Shown here: one piece after another, positions 11,201-24,088 of the stretch
Layout: each line of letters opens with the position of its first letter
Numbering within the stretch: position 1 is the stretch's first letter
Source of the DNA: Rebecca billardiae RCC1528
Lineage: Eukaryota; Protista; Haptophyta
DNA length: 64,000 bases
Direction: 5' to 3'
Assembly (NCBI GenBank): GCA_965240325.2
Contig: OZ251231.1
Location: 930,001-994,000 of the forward strand
The notes under the pieces: model-generated
The model's input: the letters and a program-made list of their open reading frames with translations, nothing else
What the model was told of the DNA's origin: nothing
The model's database searches: none
Made by a program: the position numbers and the translations under genes

Positions 11201-13765
11201 CTGCATCTGAGCCTGGGCCTGCGCTGCCAGGGACTGCGCGTTCTTCTCAGCGGCCTGCCTGACAGCGCGTAGTGCAGCGTCGTCCTTGCCCGAGCCGGCG
11301 CCGCGTGTGCGATAGCGCCCCTGGGCGATGAGCGCCGCGCGCAGCAGCGACCCTGCGGTGAGTGCTGCATCGCCGCCCCTCGATGGCAGTGCATCCGGCT
11401 TGATCAGCCGTCGCACGCCCGCCGGCTGGAGCGCGCCTGCAACGTCGGTGTCTCCCAGCTGCAGCGTGTCTGCCTCATGCGCCAGCCACACGAGGGCGAG
11501 CAGCTGAGTGAGCCCACCCACGCGCTCTGCGACCTCTGTTGGGGCGAGCGCAGGCAGCGCAGCGGATGCATTTGCGGTTGCCCGGTGCGCCGTTGTCCCG
11601 TTCGCTGACGCGGGCATCGGCACGCGAGCGATGAGGTCGTCGAGGGCCCTCACGCGTGGCAGGTCCAGAGTTTCGCGCATCTGCTCAAGGGACGCGAGCG
11701 TCTTGGCGAAAGCAAGGTCAAGCAACGTGTTGAACTCTGAGGGCGGGGGTGTCGCGCGCGCATTGGGCGTGTCGCCGCCCTCGTCCACGAAGCCATAGCG
11801 TCGCCGCTCGGCTGCAACGTGGCGGCTGTGCTTCGCCCGCACGCCGGGTGCTGTCAGGTTGTAAGCGTCCAGGATGTCTAACCAGGCCTCCCACGCAACA
11901 TGCGAGATCACGTCGCTGGCGACGACAGAAGCTGGCGCAGACCGCGATGGGCGCGTCGTCTGGTGGGCCGGGCGCGCATGGCCGCGCGTGAGAGCGTCGC
12001 CGCCGCTGCCGTGATCGTCACGACGCAAGTCGTCGCCAACCGTCGACTGCGGCGCCTCGGCAGCAGCGTTGTCCGCAAGGCCAGTGCGGTCATCCGCGCC
12101 GGGCGCGTCGGACGGAGTGGACAGAGCACGCGCGATGCCCTCGATCCACTCGCGCATCGAGTCCGCAGCAGGCGAATTCGAGCCGCCACCTGCCACTGCA
12201 GAATCTGCCGTTGCTGGCCAGGCACTTGTGGTGGTGCCCAGCGTGCCGTTGGGGTGCGCACGCACCCACGCTTCTTTCTGCGCGGCGAGGGCGGTGAGAT
12301 TGGCTGGCGGCGGCACGGAGGCGCCCTTCAGATGCCAATCGGGTGTGCTCGTGCCTGGCCATGGGCGGCGCCTCGTCAGGTCGTCCGCTCGTGGTGCCGG
12401 ATCGAGTTCGGGCGGTGGCAGGAGATGGAGCCGGCGCAGCACGTGCTCGGTGAACTGGGGGTTGACTGTCCCGTTTCGAGAAAGGAACGGCTCTGCCATG
12501 GATCGCTCGAAGTGCTCTGGCAAGCCAGGCGGCCGTGCGCTGGGTGCTGGCCGACGCACGCCCGCGGCCGCCGCCTGCGAGGCGGCCGCATGGTCGGCTG
12601 CATCGTATAGAGCTGCGAGAGCGCCGATGGTCGCGGCCTGAGCGTACGGGTCGCCGCGTATCGCGCGGCCAACGGCCGCGTCGCGCATGCGTCGCGCCTG
12701 CGAGGCGCTCACGCGCGGCAGGCGCACCACGGGTGGCGAGTTGGGCGCATCGGGATCCACGGGCTCGGCGTGCAGCCCCTGCAGCAGCTCGGCGAGCTCG
12801 GTGCCGTTCACGCCCAGCGTGTCGACAATGTCAGAGTCGTTCACTCGCACGACGTAGCTGCCCGTCTCGGGGTCGTAGCCGTTCGGCAGCTCGTCCACGT
12901 CGCGCGTGCGCGGGACGCCGAGCCGATTCAGCAGCGCTCCCAGTCGCTCGTTGGCGGCGATCGCGTCTCGCTGCGTCACGTTGGGATCGGCCAGCGAGCT
13001 CAGATTGGCGGCGACGATCAAGCTGTTCAGCTCATCGACCGACGAGACGTTGATCGGCGAGGCGAGGAGCGCGCGATCGGCGAGCATCCCGAGCGTCCCA
13101 TCGGCGGCAAGCGCGCGGATTTCGTCCCTGAGCGCCGCCGGGTCGTGCATGCCCTTCGTCAGCTCGGCGAGCAAGCCGCCTCTGCCCGTGAGGTTCACCG
13201 CGAGCAGGCTCGCCACGTCGGGCACAGCCTCGGCGATGTCGACGGACTGGCAGACGTCGGAGAGGGTGCGCCGCGCGCCGCGGGCGTCGGTGACGCTAAT
13301 GTTTGAGATGGCGCGCATGAGCGTGAGCTGGTCGGCCAGCACGCGCCTGTCCACCGCCTCACCCTCGCGCGGGACCATCATCACGTACTCAAACGTCGGC
13401 TGCGCTCCGTGCCCGCCACCCTGGTGCTCGAGGGTGTACGCGTTGCCCAGCTCCCACTGCCCACGGTGGACGGTGAACATCGCGTACGGATCGCCGTCCA
13501 TGACCGCGCTCGCTGAGCCCAGCGCGCACAGGAAGCAGGCGATGATGCACGCAAAGAACGTGAGCAGTGGCCATCGCGATGCCACCGCACCGACGCGCTC
13601 GAACGCGTCCTCGACGGCGCGCTGGAACCGGGCTGAGCACTGCTGCACGCGCTCGCTGATGGCTTCCCTCTCGCCTTGCGGCGCGGCGTCGCGCTCGGAT
13701 ATCTCCGCCTCCGGCGGCGCCTGCGCCGCCGAACTTGGCGGCCTGGCGCCCTCCGCTTCCGGCAT
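8218..13765 (-). CDS. Patched-like sterol-sensing RND membrane protein (~1,770 aa), 3 exons (predicted introns 9610-9748, 9439-9537)
   Basis: N-terminal TM, two luminal loops and two 5-TM bundles; SSD motif LPFVALGIAVD, TM10 motif SIGCASEY; PTCH-type motifs PCIRTTVLDCFAEG, GCDGFA...HWHEEAMLGG, YAEIPLYVHG, GIPSYALGLPF...ERYVHLR. Confidence 0.88.
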
Positions 13766-13945
13766 CCCGATCCGCGCGTGCCCGCACGCCGCCTTTGAGT
13801 CCTGGTAGGCTGGTACCCGATAGTACCCCCATAAGTAGCCTCTGGCAGTCTGGCTCCCCCAATAAAGAAAATAACTGGGGCGGCTCGCGGAAAAATCATA
13901 TCCGCCGATATGACGATCGAATTGAAAATCGCCGCGCGTGTCGTA

Positions 13946-14198
13946 GTCGACGATCGGGCACTGCCGCCGACGAATCAGGAGACCCGCGTCGTCCTACCTG
14001 TGTCGTTAAATCATAGAAGGAGTATAAGTTAAAGTAGTCGTGCCATTCGAATCATTCGTGGCACTCTTCGATCGCGGTGCAGGCTACTATGGCTATGCTC
14101 TGCCACCATGACGCCGACTTGTCGACGATCGGGCACTGCGCCGGCGACGAATCAGCCTGCTATATCAGGAGACCCGGTGCCGTCCTGCGCCGTCCTAG
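13946..14198 (+). repeat. Imperfect direct duplication (~53 bp at 13946-13998; expanded copy at 14121-14198)
   Basis: gtcgacgatcgggcactgc...cgacgaatcag...gagacccg...cgtccta occurs twice; the second copy carries short insertions. Confidence 0.75.
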
Positions 14199-14788
14199 CA
14201 GCTGCATGATCACGACGATGCTGATGATGTCTGATGATGTCAGTGTCGTCGTTCTGAATCACTTAGCGGGCCATCAAATGAGTATACCGCGGCCGGGTTC
14301 GGGTAGCGCAGAAATCACGGCAGAATTTTATTATAGCAGCGCCGCATTAATATAATTTAATAAGAGCGCAGTGTCAGACTACCAATTATAATATATATTA
14401 TATATATATATGGCGGCTACTGCTATATTTATATAATAATATAATAATATACTTATTATATGCCGCGATGATCATTCATCGATATTGCCTGGCTGAGCCT
14501 GGCGGCCGTACTCAGCTTTCTAAGCAGACTACTACTCAGAGTAAGAGTTACCGTCTCACGTCCGTGCTGCCAGTGTGAGTGAGGCGTGATCAGTTATTAG
14601 CCGTCGTCATGCTGCATGACGCTGGTTGACGCGAGCAGTAGTCCGCGATCGAATACGCGCGTATATTTCCGTGCGCGGCGGTTGCGCAAGACAGTAGACA
14701 GTACGTAGTGCATCCCGGCCCTGGGGCAAGCCCTGGGGTTCGCCTGCCATGCTCGCCGACGCGATTCGGACGCTCATCCACTCAAGCA

Positions 14789-16161
14789 TCACGCGGACGT
14801 GGGGTGCGACGCAGACGCCGATGTCCCGGCTGCAACGAGCGTGATGACGTCATCGATGGCGGAGACCCCATGCCACGAGAGAAGGGCCGCCGAGCCGACC
14901 GCGAGCACGGCCCGCTCGGCGTCGAGGCGCGCGCCCTCGTCGGCGATGCTCTCGAGGTCTGGCACATGCGCCGCGCCAATCACGCGCCGCACGAGCTCCG
15001 CGCCCATGAAGCCGGTGGACTCGCGCAGCAGCGCCAGCTTGGGCGAGAGCGCGCCAGTGGCGGCGGTGCCGCCGCTGAGCGCGGTGAGGTGCGTCGCGTA
15101 CGACGCCCACAGCTCCGCCATCGCGCGCTCGATGCGCGGGAGCACCGCCGTGTGCCCGCACGCGCGATGGTGGTGGAAGGCAAACGCGTACGCGGCAAGC
15201 GCGAGGCCCGCGTCGAATGCGGGCGAGCCGTAGCACGCAAACTCGGGGTCGAAGACGCGCAGCCGCCCCGCGTCGTACGCGCCCGGCTCGGGCTCGGCCG
15301 CCTCGCCACTGCCCTCCGGTGCGCGTGAGACCATCACGCTGCCGCTGTGCAGGTCGCCGTGGATGAGGCAGCGCTTGCTGTGCAGGAACGCGCTGTTGCG
15401 CTCCGCTGCAGCCGCGCGCACCGGGGAGTCGGCCGCGCGCAGCGCGGCGACCATGCTCTTCAGGCCTTCTGAGCAGCGGTTGGAGCCATCCGCCTCGTCG
15501 TACGGCTTCACAAAGATGTACTGCGAGGTGATGCCGCACAGGAGCTCGTTGCTAAAGCGGGCAGCGTACTCTGCGCTCGGCACGCCTGGGGCATCTCGCC
15601 ACGTGCGCGAGTGCGTGAGGCCCATGAAGCGGCCGAGGGCACGCGCGTCGCCCTCGTGCACGCGGCCAGCGAGGAGCTCGTCGCGAAGGAGCACGTGCCG
15701 CTGGAGGTCCTCCATCACGATGATCGCGCGCTCTTTGTCGAAGTGCATCTTGCGTGGCGTGAATGCGGGCGCGAGCTCATTGTGCACGCTCAACACGTCG
15801 CTCTCGAGGGCTGCGCGGCTGGAGCTCAGTTTGGCCTCGGGGCCGAGGCACTTGATGTACTCGGGGGCACACTTCACGAAGACAGAGCGCTCCGAGTTCG
15901 CCGCAGACGCCACGCGAAAGGCGAAGTTGAGGTTCCTGTCCGTTTGGCGCAGCCATGCCGCCGCGCGCGCGCGCGCAACGCCGCGTGATGCCACCACCCC
16001 ACGCGCGCGCTCACCGGCGGATCTCCGCTCAGCGCGCGCGCCACTCACCCGCCATGAATCTCGGTCGCAACCAGCTCGTCAGACGCCGCGAGCGGCGCCC
16101 CCTCCAGCGGGAGGAGCCCCTTCACGAAGGCTACCACGGCGTCCGGGGTCGTCGCCGCCAT
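14789..16161 (-). CDS. MTK: S-methyl-5-thioribose kinase (methionine salvage), 2 exons (intron 15936-16048)
   Basis: Spliced EIHGG|NLNFAFRV, VFVKCAPEYIK, LIHGDLHSGSVMV, FDPEFACYGSPAFDAG, GFMGAELVRRVIGAAHVPDLESI. Confidence 0.93.
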
Positions 16162-16348
16162 GCTGGATGACACCGTGTCACACGCGATCCGGCACTCCGG
16201 CCTCCGCAGCCACGCAGCTGTCCAGCTGCGGGCGTGAGAGCTGATCCTTCCGTTCAGCAGGGCGGTGGCCTCGAGGCCCGGGCAGGACCGTGACGCTCAG
16301 CGACAGGGGCGCTCTGGCCGGGGCCGGCGTGGGGCGGGTAGGGCGAGC

Positions 16349-17131
16349 ATGGCGCAAGGTGATCACATCGAGCTGCATCGCAAGCGGCATGGCCGGCGGC
16401 TGGACCACGAGGAGAAGGCGCGGAAGAAGGAGGCGCGGAGTGTGCACAAGCGCGCCAAGTTTGCGCAGAAGGTGAAGGGGCTGCGTGCGAAGCTGCACAA
16501 CAAGAAGCGGTACGCCGAGAAGGCGACCATGCAGAAGACGATCAAGCAGCACAACGAGCGCGACACGAAGCACCGCGACGCGGACGCGGGCCCGAAGGAC
16601 GCGGTGCCGAGCTACCTGCTCGACCGTGAGGGCATGTCGCACGCCAAGGTGCTCTCCAACACGATCAAGCAGAAGCGCAAGGAGAAGGCGGGGCGGTGGA
16701 ACGTCCCGATCCCGAAGGTGCGCCCGGTTGGCGAGGACGAGGTCTTCAAGGTGATGCGCTCCGGCAAGCGCAACAAGAAGCAGTGGAAGCGGATGGTGGC
16801 GAAGGTGACATACGTCGGCGACACGTTCACGCGTAAGCCGCCCAAGTATGAGCGCTTCATCAGGCCAGCGGGCCTGCGCATGAAGAAAGCGCACGTCACG
16901 CACCCCGAGCTGCAGACCACCTTCTCGCTCGACATCATCGGCGTGAAGAAGAACCCACAGTCTTCGTTGTACACCTCGCTCGGCGTGATCACGAAGGGGA
17001 CGATCATCGAGGTGAACGTGTCCGAGCTCGGACTCGTCACTCCGGCCGGCAAGGTGGTGTGGGGCAAGTATGCGCAGGTGACCAACAATCCGGAGAACGA
17101 CGGGTGTATCAATGCTGTGCTGCTCGTGTAA
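16349..17131 (+). CDS. NSA2: Ribosome biogenesis protein NSA2
   Basis: [30 protein letters not shown]...[14 protein letters not shown]...[23 protein letters not shown], 260 aa, intronless. Confidence 0.98.
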   Translation: MAQGDHIELHRKRHGRRLDHEEKARKKEARSVHKRAKFAQKVKGLRAKLHNKKRYAEKATMQKTIKQHNERDTKHRDADAGPKDAVPSYLLDREGMSHAKVLSNTIKQKRKEKAGRWNVPIPKVRPVGEDEVFKVMRSGKRNKKQWKRMVAKVTYVGDTFTRKPPKYERFIRPAGLRMKKAHVTHPELQTTFSLDIIGVKKNPQSSLYTSLGVITKGTIIEVNVSELGLVTPAGKVVWGKYAQVTNNPENDGCINAVLLV

Positions 17132-18147
17132 GGGCCGGCCCGCCGAGTCGATCGCACGGCCACACGGGCCGCGGCACTTGGTGCCAGTGAGCAGTCCAAT
17201 GGCCCGGCGCGGACCTTGCCTCTGTCAACTGCACCGTCTCCGTGAATCGCGTGTGCCGGACATCATGGTGATGGTCTGCGGCAGCCTGGCGACCCTCAGG
17301 CGAGTATAAGTTGCATGGCGGAGGCTTTGCCTGACGACAGCGGCTGCTGCACCGCTCAGACTCAAGCCGGACTGCTCCGCGACTTCACTACGGTTGTTCG
17401 GACTCTCACTGGAATCACTGACCGTACTCCGAGTACAGTGTGACTGCCGCCTGACGGCGCCGGAGTCGACATATATCTATATAGCGCCTGGCGTCAGTAT
17501 ATATATATATATATAGTACTACGTTTAACGGCTGACAGCAGCGGGTGTGTCAGGGCTGTCCGGAGTGGGAAGTGGCGCGGCGGCGCGGCCCGCCGGCGCC
17601 GGGCCGCCGACTGTCGTCGAGATCGACTACATCAGGGCGCGCGGTGCCATGCAGCACGCTGCGCTGTCATCGTCAGCGGAGCGCGAACCACGTCTCATCT
17701 GAAGCCAGGAGCGTGGCCTCGTAAGATCAGTGCTGACATCACTACCAGAGTGACCATCGCCACCGGCGGCCAAGACGACTCCAGAGCCCAGAGGTAGGCA
17801 CTAGGCGCGCGCCGCGAAGGCCGTGCCCGTGGGCCCACGTGTGGTCGGCCAACACTCGAGTCCGAAACACACTCAGGCACGGCCGACTGGGGCCGCAGAT
17901 CAGAGCTGCAGCCTGTGACTGGGCCCTGGGGCCCTTAGACATCACCATGCTCCTCCGCCCGGGTGATCGTCAGCACTCTCGGACAAAAGACGACTCCAGT
18001 GCAAGTTGCCAGAAGATGCCTGCGAGTCGGAGCCAGTCACGACAGGCGACGCGCAGCAGCCTCGGCAAACCGTTGGCGCACAAGGGCTCGGCTGACAGCA
18101 TGAATGAAGGTAACTGTGCGTGCCAGTGCAGGCGCTGATCCCCATGC

Positions 18148-18348
18148 TCAAGCTTGAGCTGGCTTGGACTTTTCCTCCATCGCTTTCTGCGCTTCGAGCT
18201 TCTCCGCCATAGTCTCAAAACTGCGCCCGCCACGCTCCTCGCGCTGGCGTCTCCTTTGCCAGATCGGAATGGCGCCAAGAGCGCAAATGATGGCAGTGCC
18301 AACGACAACCTTCACACGCTCCCCACGCGTCAGTGTGCCCGCGTTCAT
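18148..18348 (-). CDS. Small (66 aa) single-TM protein of unknown function
   Basis: ATG in good context (gccATG), one hydrophobic helix (VVVGTAIICALGAIPIW), a basic stretch and a charged helical tail; divergent from PFDN6. Confidence 0.55.
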   Translation of the reverse strand: MNAGTLTRGERVKVVVGTAIICALGAIPIWQRRRQREERGGRSFETMAEKLEAQKAMEEKSKPAQA

Positions 18349-18802
18349 GGCGGCACTGGCGCCGAGCGGCCCTGGGGCTTGTCGTCGTGGACGCGAGAAA
18401 GTCAGAAAGAACGCTCAGCTCTCCAGCTAGGTCGCGGACTAATTCTATGATTTAAAGACACAGGCACGAGGGCGCAGCTCTCCTGATTCGTCTGTAGTGG
18501 TACTGGTCGAAGCTTGCAGCAGTGGCAGTGGTGTGAGCGCGTTGGTGTTGGTCCCCATGGCGGATGTCGTTGTTGTCGTCGTCCGGACGTCGTCAGGCCC
18601 ACCAGGAAGTGCATGGGTACGAAACCAAAGGCGAGTGAGCATGTTGGCGTCGGCCAGGCCGTCCCCTACGACTCGCGGCGCGCGCGCTAAAATGATACAG
18701 TTTATTTGTTTTGCCCTGCCGCCCTGCGGAAAAAATGTTCCGACGATTTTCGTCGTCAGCCGTGTAGAGCCGTTCGCACGCGTTCGCACCCGTTGGGACA
18801 AC

Positions 18803-19348
18803 ATGGCGGAGATCGAGGCAGAGCTGACGCAGTTCAGGCAGCTGCAGAAGGGTGAGTATGGCGTGCCTTGTCGCGTGCGCGTGTGTCGGGATTGTAGCCC
18901 AGTCTCTGAGCGTGCGCATTCCCCATCATGGCTGCGCGACGTGCCGGTGCGCAGAGGTGCAAAGGGTGCAGGGCTTGAGGCAGCAGGCACTGGCGCAGGT
19001 GAACGAGAACGAGATGGTCATCCAGGAGCTGGGCTTCTTGGAAGAGGACGCGAAGGTTTTCAAGCTCATTGGGCCCGTCCTTGTCCAACAGGACCTGGTT
19101 GAGGTGAAAGCCAACGTGAACAAGCGCGTCGACTACATCAAGGGCGACGTGACACGCATCGACAAACAGCTCACAGGCATGGACAAGAAGATCGAGGAGC
19201 AGCGGAACAAGGTGCGCGCACGCGACGCAACCCAACCCTCCCAGTATGTGACATGTGCACTGACCCCCCTGGCTGATAACACGCGCCTCCCGCCGGTGTG
19301 ACGCAGATCGCACGCTTGCAACAAGGCGCCGCTGCGGCCAAGAAGTGA
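18803..19348 (+). CDS. PFDN6: Prefoldin subunit 6 (KE2 family), 3 exons (introns 18852-18954, 19212-19306)
   Basis: AQVNENEMVIQELGFLEEDAKVFKLIGPVLVQQDLVEVKANVNKRVDYI; GT-AG junctions keep the frame. Confidence 0.95.
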
Positions 19349-19844
19349 TCGTCCATGTCAAATGATGTGAGCGAAGCCAGAGCTCCGAGCTCATATATCG
19401 CGCCTCATGGGCATCGCCCTCGCACAGTCTCTTCCTGTCCATCCTTGTGACACTCGGCGCTGCGTGAGCGCGCTGTGAGATTGGCGACGGACAGTGACTA
19501 TGCCGAGTTAGGCTCCGGCCCGCCGCCCCGCTGGTCGGTTCAGACGGTTCACGGTTGGCACCGCAGGTTGGCACGGAGGCCACGGCCTGCGCCGCCGGCG
19601 GGCGTCATCATGGTGCCTGTCACCGGGGCAGGTCAGTCAGGAAATGCGTAGCTATACTAGCGCTATAGTGCTCGTCAGTGTGATGAGTGACGATGTCGAC
19701 TATGCCGGCGGATGGGCAGACTCAGTGAGTGACTCAGTGACTCAGTCCGACGTCCGAGTGGCGCAGCGACCAGCGTGAGTACCGCTGTGCCGCAGCGCGG
19801 ACAGCGGTCGTCGCTGCTCAGTGTGCTCAGCCTGAGTCAGCCGC

Positions 19845-22800
19845 TCAGATCATTCTTTCGTCTCCGCGAGCATCGTCAGAGGCACTGGCGTGTCCACCAC
19901 GAGCTCGAGGCCAGTCCGCCTTGCTGGTCGTTTGACGCTTGGCGGCCGTCGCGCTCGCAGTGTCGCATCCCATGCCCATCGCAGTGGCCGCCGAAGCGCC
20001 CGGCACCGCGCTCGTGGCCGTGGCGCGCGTCGCCACAGGCGTGGGCGTGGGGAGCTCTGGCGCAGACGCGCCCGCGTCGTGTGAGCCCACCGCCCAGGCC
20101 GGCTCGGACGAGAGCCGCCACGGTGCGGCCGCACCCTCGTCGCCCACGCCCGCGCTGGCCCGCAGCTCGAGCGGCGCCACGCCGTTGGGAGAGGCGCCGC
20201 TCGGCACGTCGGCACCATCGCCGACGCTGCCGACCGCGAGCATCGTCGCTTCGTCGACGCACGACGCGTTCACGTGCTCGATCAGCCACTCCACCCGAGC
20301 CAGCGCGGCGCGCGCGTCGTGCTGGCCCGTGTGCGCGCTCGGCGTCGCGCCGAGCACGGCGCGCAGCAGCGTGCGGTAGCGCGGCAGCCGCTGCAGCGGC
20401 GCAGCGAGCAGCAGCTGGAGCGAGCCGTGCGCGCGCGGCTGCGCGTCCGCCACCGCGCGCAGCGCGTGCGCGACCGCGGGCTTCTGCACGCACGTGGCGA
20501 GCGCGTCGGCGGCGCTCGAGTAGTGGCCGACCCAGGAGGCGTAGACGGGCAGCAGCGACTCGACCGCAGTCGGCGCGGGCAGGCCGGCGCCGGCGCCCGC
20601 GCCCGCGCCGCGGCCGACGGCGGCAGCCGGGCTGCTCTGCCGCGAGTCCGCGCCCTCGTCGTGCGCCGGCGCGCCCTCGGCGCCCTCGGGTGCGTCGGGT
20701 GCGTCCACCTCGCGCTCCACGTCCGCCACAAACGTGCGGTGCAGCAGCGTGAACTCCCAGCCACACTCGTCGTCCAGCGGCTCCGGCAGCGGCGCCACCA
20801 CCTCCTCCATCACGCCCAGCAGCACGGCGTGCAGCCCGAGCAGCGCGTCCAGGCCCGCGAAGACCGTGTCCGCCCGGTCCACGCGCGCGAGCGAGGGCGA
20901 GCGGCCGGACAGCGCGGCGAGGGACGCGACGAGCGCGGGCCGGTACACGTTCGCCATCAGCCGCAGCTGGTGGACGTACTTGCGCTCCTGCGGGGCGAGG
21001 GGAGGCGCTCGCGCGCGCAGGCAGCGGCGCGCACAGCGGCGCGGTGCCGTGAGACGCGCAGCTGCTGACGCACCGGCGACGTCCGGCGGTGCACGGCGGC
21101 CGCGGCCGCTCGGCCGCGGGTGCGCGCGCGCGCGCGCGCGCGCACCGTGTACACAATCTCGAGCGCGGCCTGGCGGCGCACGTGCGCCTCGGACGTCGGC
21201 ATCAGCGGCGAGGGCCGCGCTGGGGATGCGTGCGGGCCGCGCTCGCGCGAGGGCGCCTCCTCCGCGCCGCCGCGCGCCGCCGCGCCGCCCGAGACGCGGT
21301 GCGAGGCGTGCAGCGGCGTGCGCCTGGACGGATCGGGCGTGGCCGTGCCGGAGCGAGCGCCGTCGCTCCCCTCCTCGTCTGCGCCCGCCTCCCCGCCGCC
21401 GCGCTCGAGCATGGCAGCGATCGATGGCGGCACGTGCGCCGAGCCGTCCGCCTCGCCCGCGCGCACCAGCGGCCGCTCGTCGCCGAAGAGCGAGCCCGTC
21501 GCGAGCCGCTCCGCGGCGTGCTGCGCCGGCACGCCGCCGCCGTCGAGCGCGCGCCGCGTGGGCGCCGCCCACGCGCTCGCGTTGCGCGCCGCGTGGATGG
21601 CCTCGATCCACTCGTCACGCGCCTTCATCGAGAGCGCGGCAAAGAGCACGCCGTCCGAGCCCTCGGGCTTGAGGCTGAACGCGGCGCGGGAGATGAGCTC
21701 CGAGGCGAGCGGCGCGCCGTGCGTGTCGCCTGCGCAGGCGCGCGCCGCGCCGCGGGCGCCGCGCGGTGTGGGCGCCGGGCGCCGAGCGCGCGCGCGGCTC
21801 CTCGCGCGCGCTCGGCGCGGCGCGGCGCGGCGCGTCCCGGCGCGTCCCGGCGCGCGCACCCTGCACGAGATCCGCGTCGCCGATGCTCACGCTCACGTCG
21901 AGCTGGATCACCTCCGTCGCGTCGGCCACGTCCGGCGCGCGCCCGCGGCGTGCGGACGGCGGCTGCTTGAACGTGAGCAGCCGGCGGTCCGAGGTGAGCA
22001 CGAGCCAGCGGTGCCGCCACGACTTGATCCACCGGCTGCGCTTGAGGCACCACCCCTCCATCACCACGTGCGCGCCGTCGGCAAGCATCTCGCCGCTGCC
22101 GCCGGGCGGCGAGAGCGAGAGCGCGCGCGAGTCGTGCGCCGGGCTGAGCAGCGCGCCCGCCGCCTCGCCAGCCGCCGGCTCCGTGAGCGCACTGTCGCTG
22201 CGCCGCTGAGGGCGGCCGGCGTGCTCCTGCTCATGCTGCTGCTGCTGCTGCTGCTGCTGCCGCTGCCGCGCGCCGAGCGCCGCGGCCGGGCCCAGCGCCG
22301 TGGCGAGCAGCGTGCGCTCGGCGCCACTGCGCGGCGTGAGCGCGGAGCGCTCGGCTCCGCTCGGCGGCGAGAGCGCGCGCGTGAGCACTTCGAGCACCGA
22401 CTGCGCGATCGCCGCGGGCGAGCCCAGCGGCGCGCCGCTGCCCGTCGTGCGCCCTCCGCCACTGCCGCCGCGCGTGGGCGAGCCGTCGCCCAGCCCGAGG
22501 AAGCACGCCCCCGGCGGCGACGCGGCGGAGCGCAGCGCGCCGGGCGGCGAGCCGGCCGCCTCGTACTCCAGCACGGCCTGCTGCGCGTGCAGGTGCAGCG
22601 CGCGGTGCAGCGTGTCCACCGCGGCGCGCTCGATCCCGCCCGACGGCGGCGACAGCGAGGCGGTCGCGCTCGTGCGCCCCTGCCAGCCGCGGCTGCGCCG
22701 GCCCGGCGGCGGGATGAGCGGCTTCTCGTACAGCGCGGCGGTCTCCGCCTCGCACTCGGCGATCGCCGCGACCAGCGCGCGCATCTCCGCCCCGGCGTGC

Positions 22801-23801
22801 CCGTGCAGCTGCGACAGCCGCGATCGCAGCCGGCCCACCTCCACGGCGAGCGTGTCCGCGCGCGCGCGCGAGTCGGCGCACTCGGCGCGCAGCTCGAGCA
22901 TCAGCGCGCCGCGCTCGCGCTCGCGGTTGAGGAAGGAGCGCTCGCGCGTGGCGAGGAGCTGGCGCAGCTGCACCGAGCGCTCGTTGTCCTGGCGCTGCGC
23001 CTCCGCCGCCGCGGAGCTCGTGCCGGAGCGCAGGTCGGCGAGCAGCGCCTCGTAGTGCGCCTGCTGCTCGGCCATCTCCTCCGCGCGGCGCGCGGCGCTG
23101 CCGAGCGCGGACGCGAGCGAGGCCTCGTGCACATCGCGCTCGCGCGTGAGCGCCTGGAGCTGCCGGTCGCGCTCGCCGAGCTGCTCCTCGCGCTCGCGCG
23201 TCAGCGCCTGGAGCTGCCGGTCGCGCTCGTCCAGCTGCCGGTCGCGCTCCTCCAGATCCGTGCGCAGCACAGCCAGCTCGGCGTCGCGCCGGTCGATGGC
23301 GTCGGACGCGATGAGCAGCTGCGCGGCCGCCTCGTCGTTGCGCGCCTTGAGGGCCTCGATGCGCTGGATGACGGACTGCAGGTCGGACATGGGGAGTGGC
23401 GCCGGGTGGGACCCAGCACCGCCCCCCGCGTGCGCCAGCGTCGACGAGCTCGGCGCGGCGCCTGCTGGCGGCGGCGCAGCCCCGGGCTGCCGGGTCGTCG
23501 CAGCTGCCTTGGGCGCCGCCGGCGACACGCCCGCGCCGGGCGCGCGGCCGGCAGCGCGGCCAGCCTGGGCGAAGGCAGTCGTGGCGACGGCACCGATCGA
23601 TGAGCGCTTGAGCAGCGAGGCCTTCGTCTGCCGCACCTTCAAGCCCGAGCCCGCGCCATCGCCCGCCTTGGGCGTGGCGGCAAGCGGCGCCGCGCCGACG
23701 CCATCCGGCGCGGCGCACGAGCTCGAGCGCGGACGCGCGCCGGCGTATGCGCCCGATGCAGACACGCCCGGATTGACGGCGGAGACCCGCCGACGGTCCA
23801 T
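19845..23801 (-). CDS. Coiled-coil + PH + Dbl-homology (RhoGEF) protein, 3 exons (predicted introns 21730-21859, 20988-21145)
   Basis: Long coiled coil, poly-Q, PH domain (EGWCLKRSRWIKSWRHRWLVL...ARDEWIEAI), DH domain (RRQAALEIVYT|ERKYVHQL...LLAAPLQRLPRYRTLL...HVN). Confidence 0.85.
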
Positions 23802-24088
23802 CGAGGCCTGGGGCGCCTCACGTGCGGTCGGTAGTGCGCGCTCGCGCGCGAAGCGTCGGCCGCCGCGGCTTGAGGTTCAAGGTGTGTCTCCGCCGCCCGG
23901 CGCCGACTCCGGACCAACCGGACTTAAAGACAGAGAATCCGCCATCATGATTGTTCAAACAGCACCGCCTTTTTCTTGACGAATGCTCGGACGCGCCTGA
24001 CGAACGCTCGGCCGCCGTCACTCCGCACTCGTCAGCGTCACCACTCACTGAGGCCAAGCGGGCAGGTCGCAACTGCTGAAGGCCAGCG

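Noticed and set aside
21120-23603. Long Arg/Ala-rich ORFs antisense to real genes (also 37001-39346, 38502-41048, 49973-51532, 51789-54548, 58488-60107)
   Set aside because: Expected shadow ORFs in very GC-rich DNA; no domains, and each overlaps a well-supported gene on the other strand.
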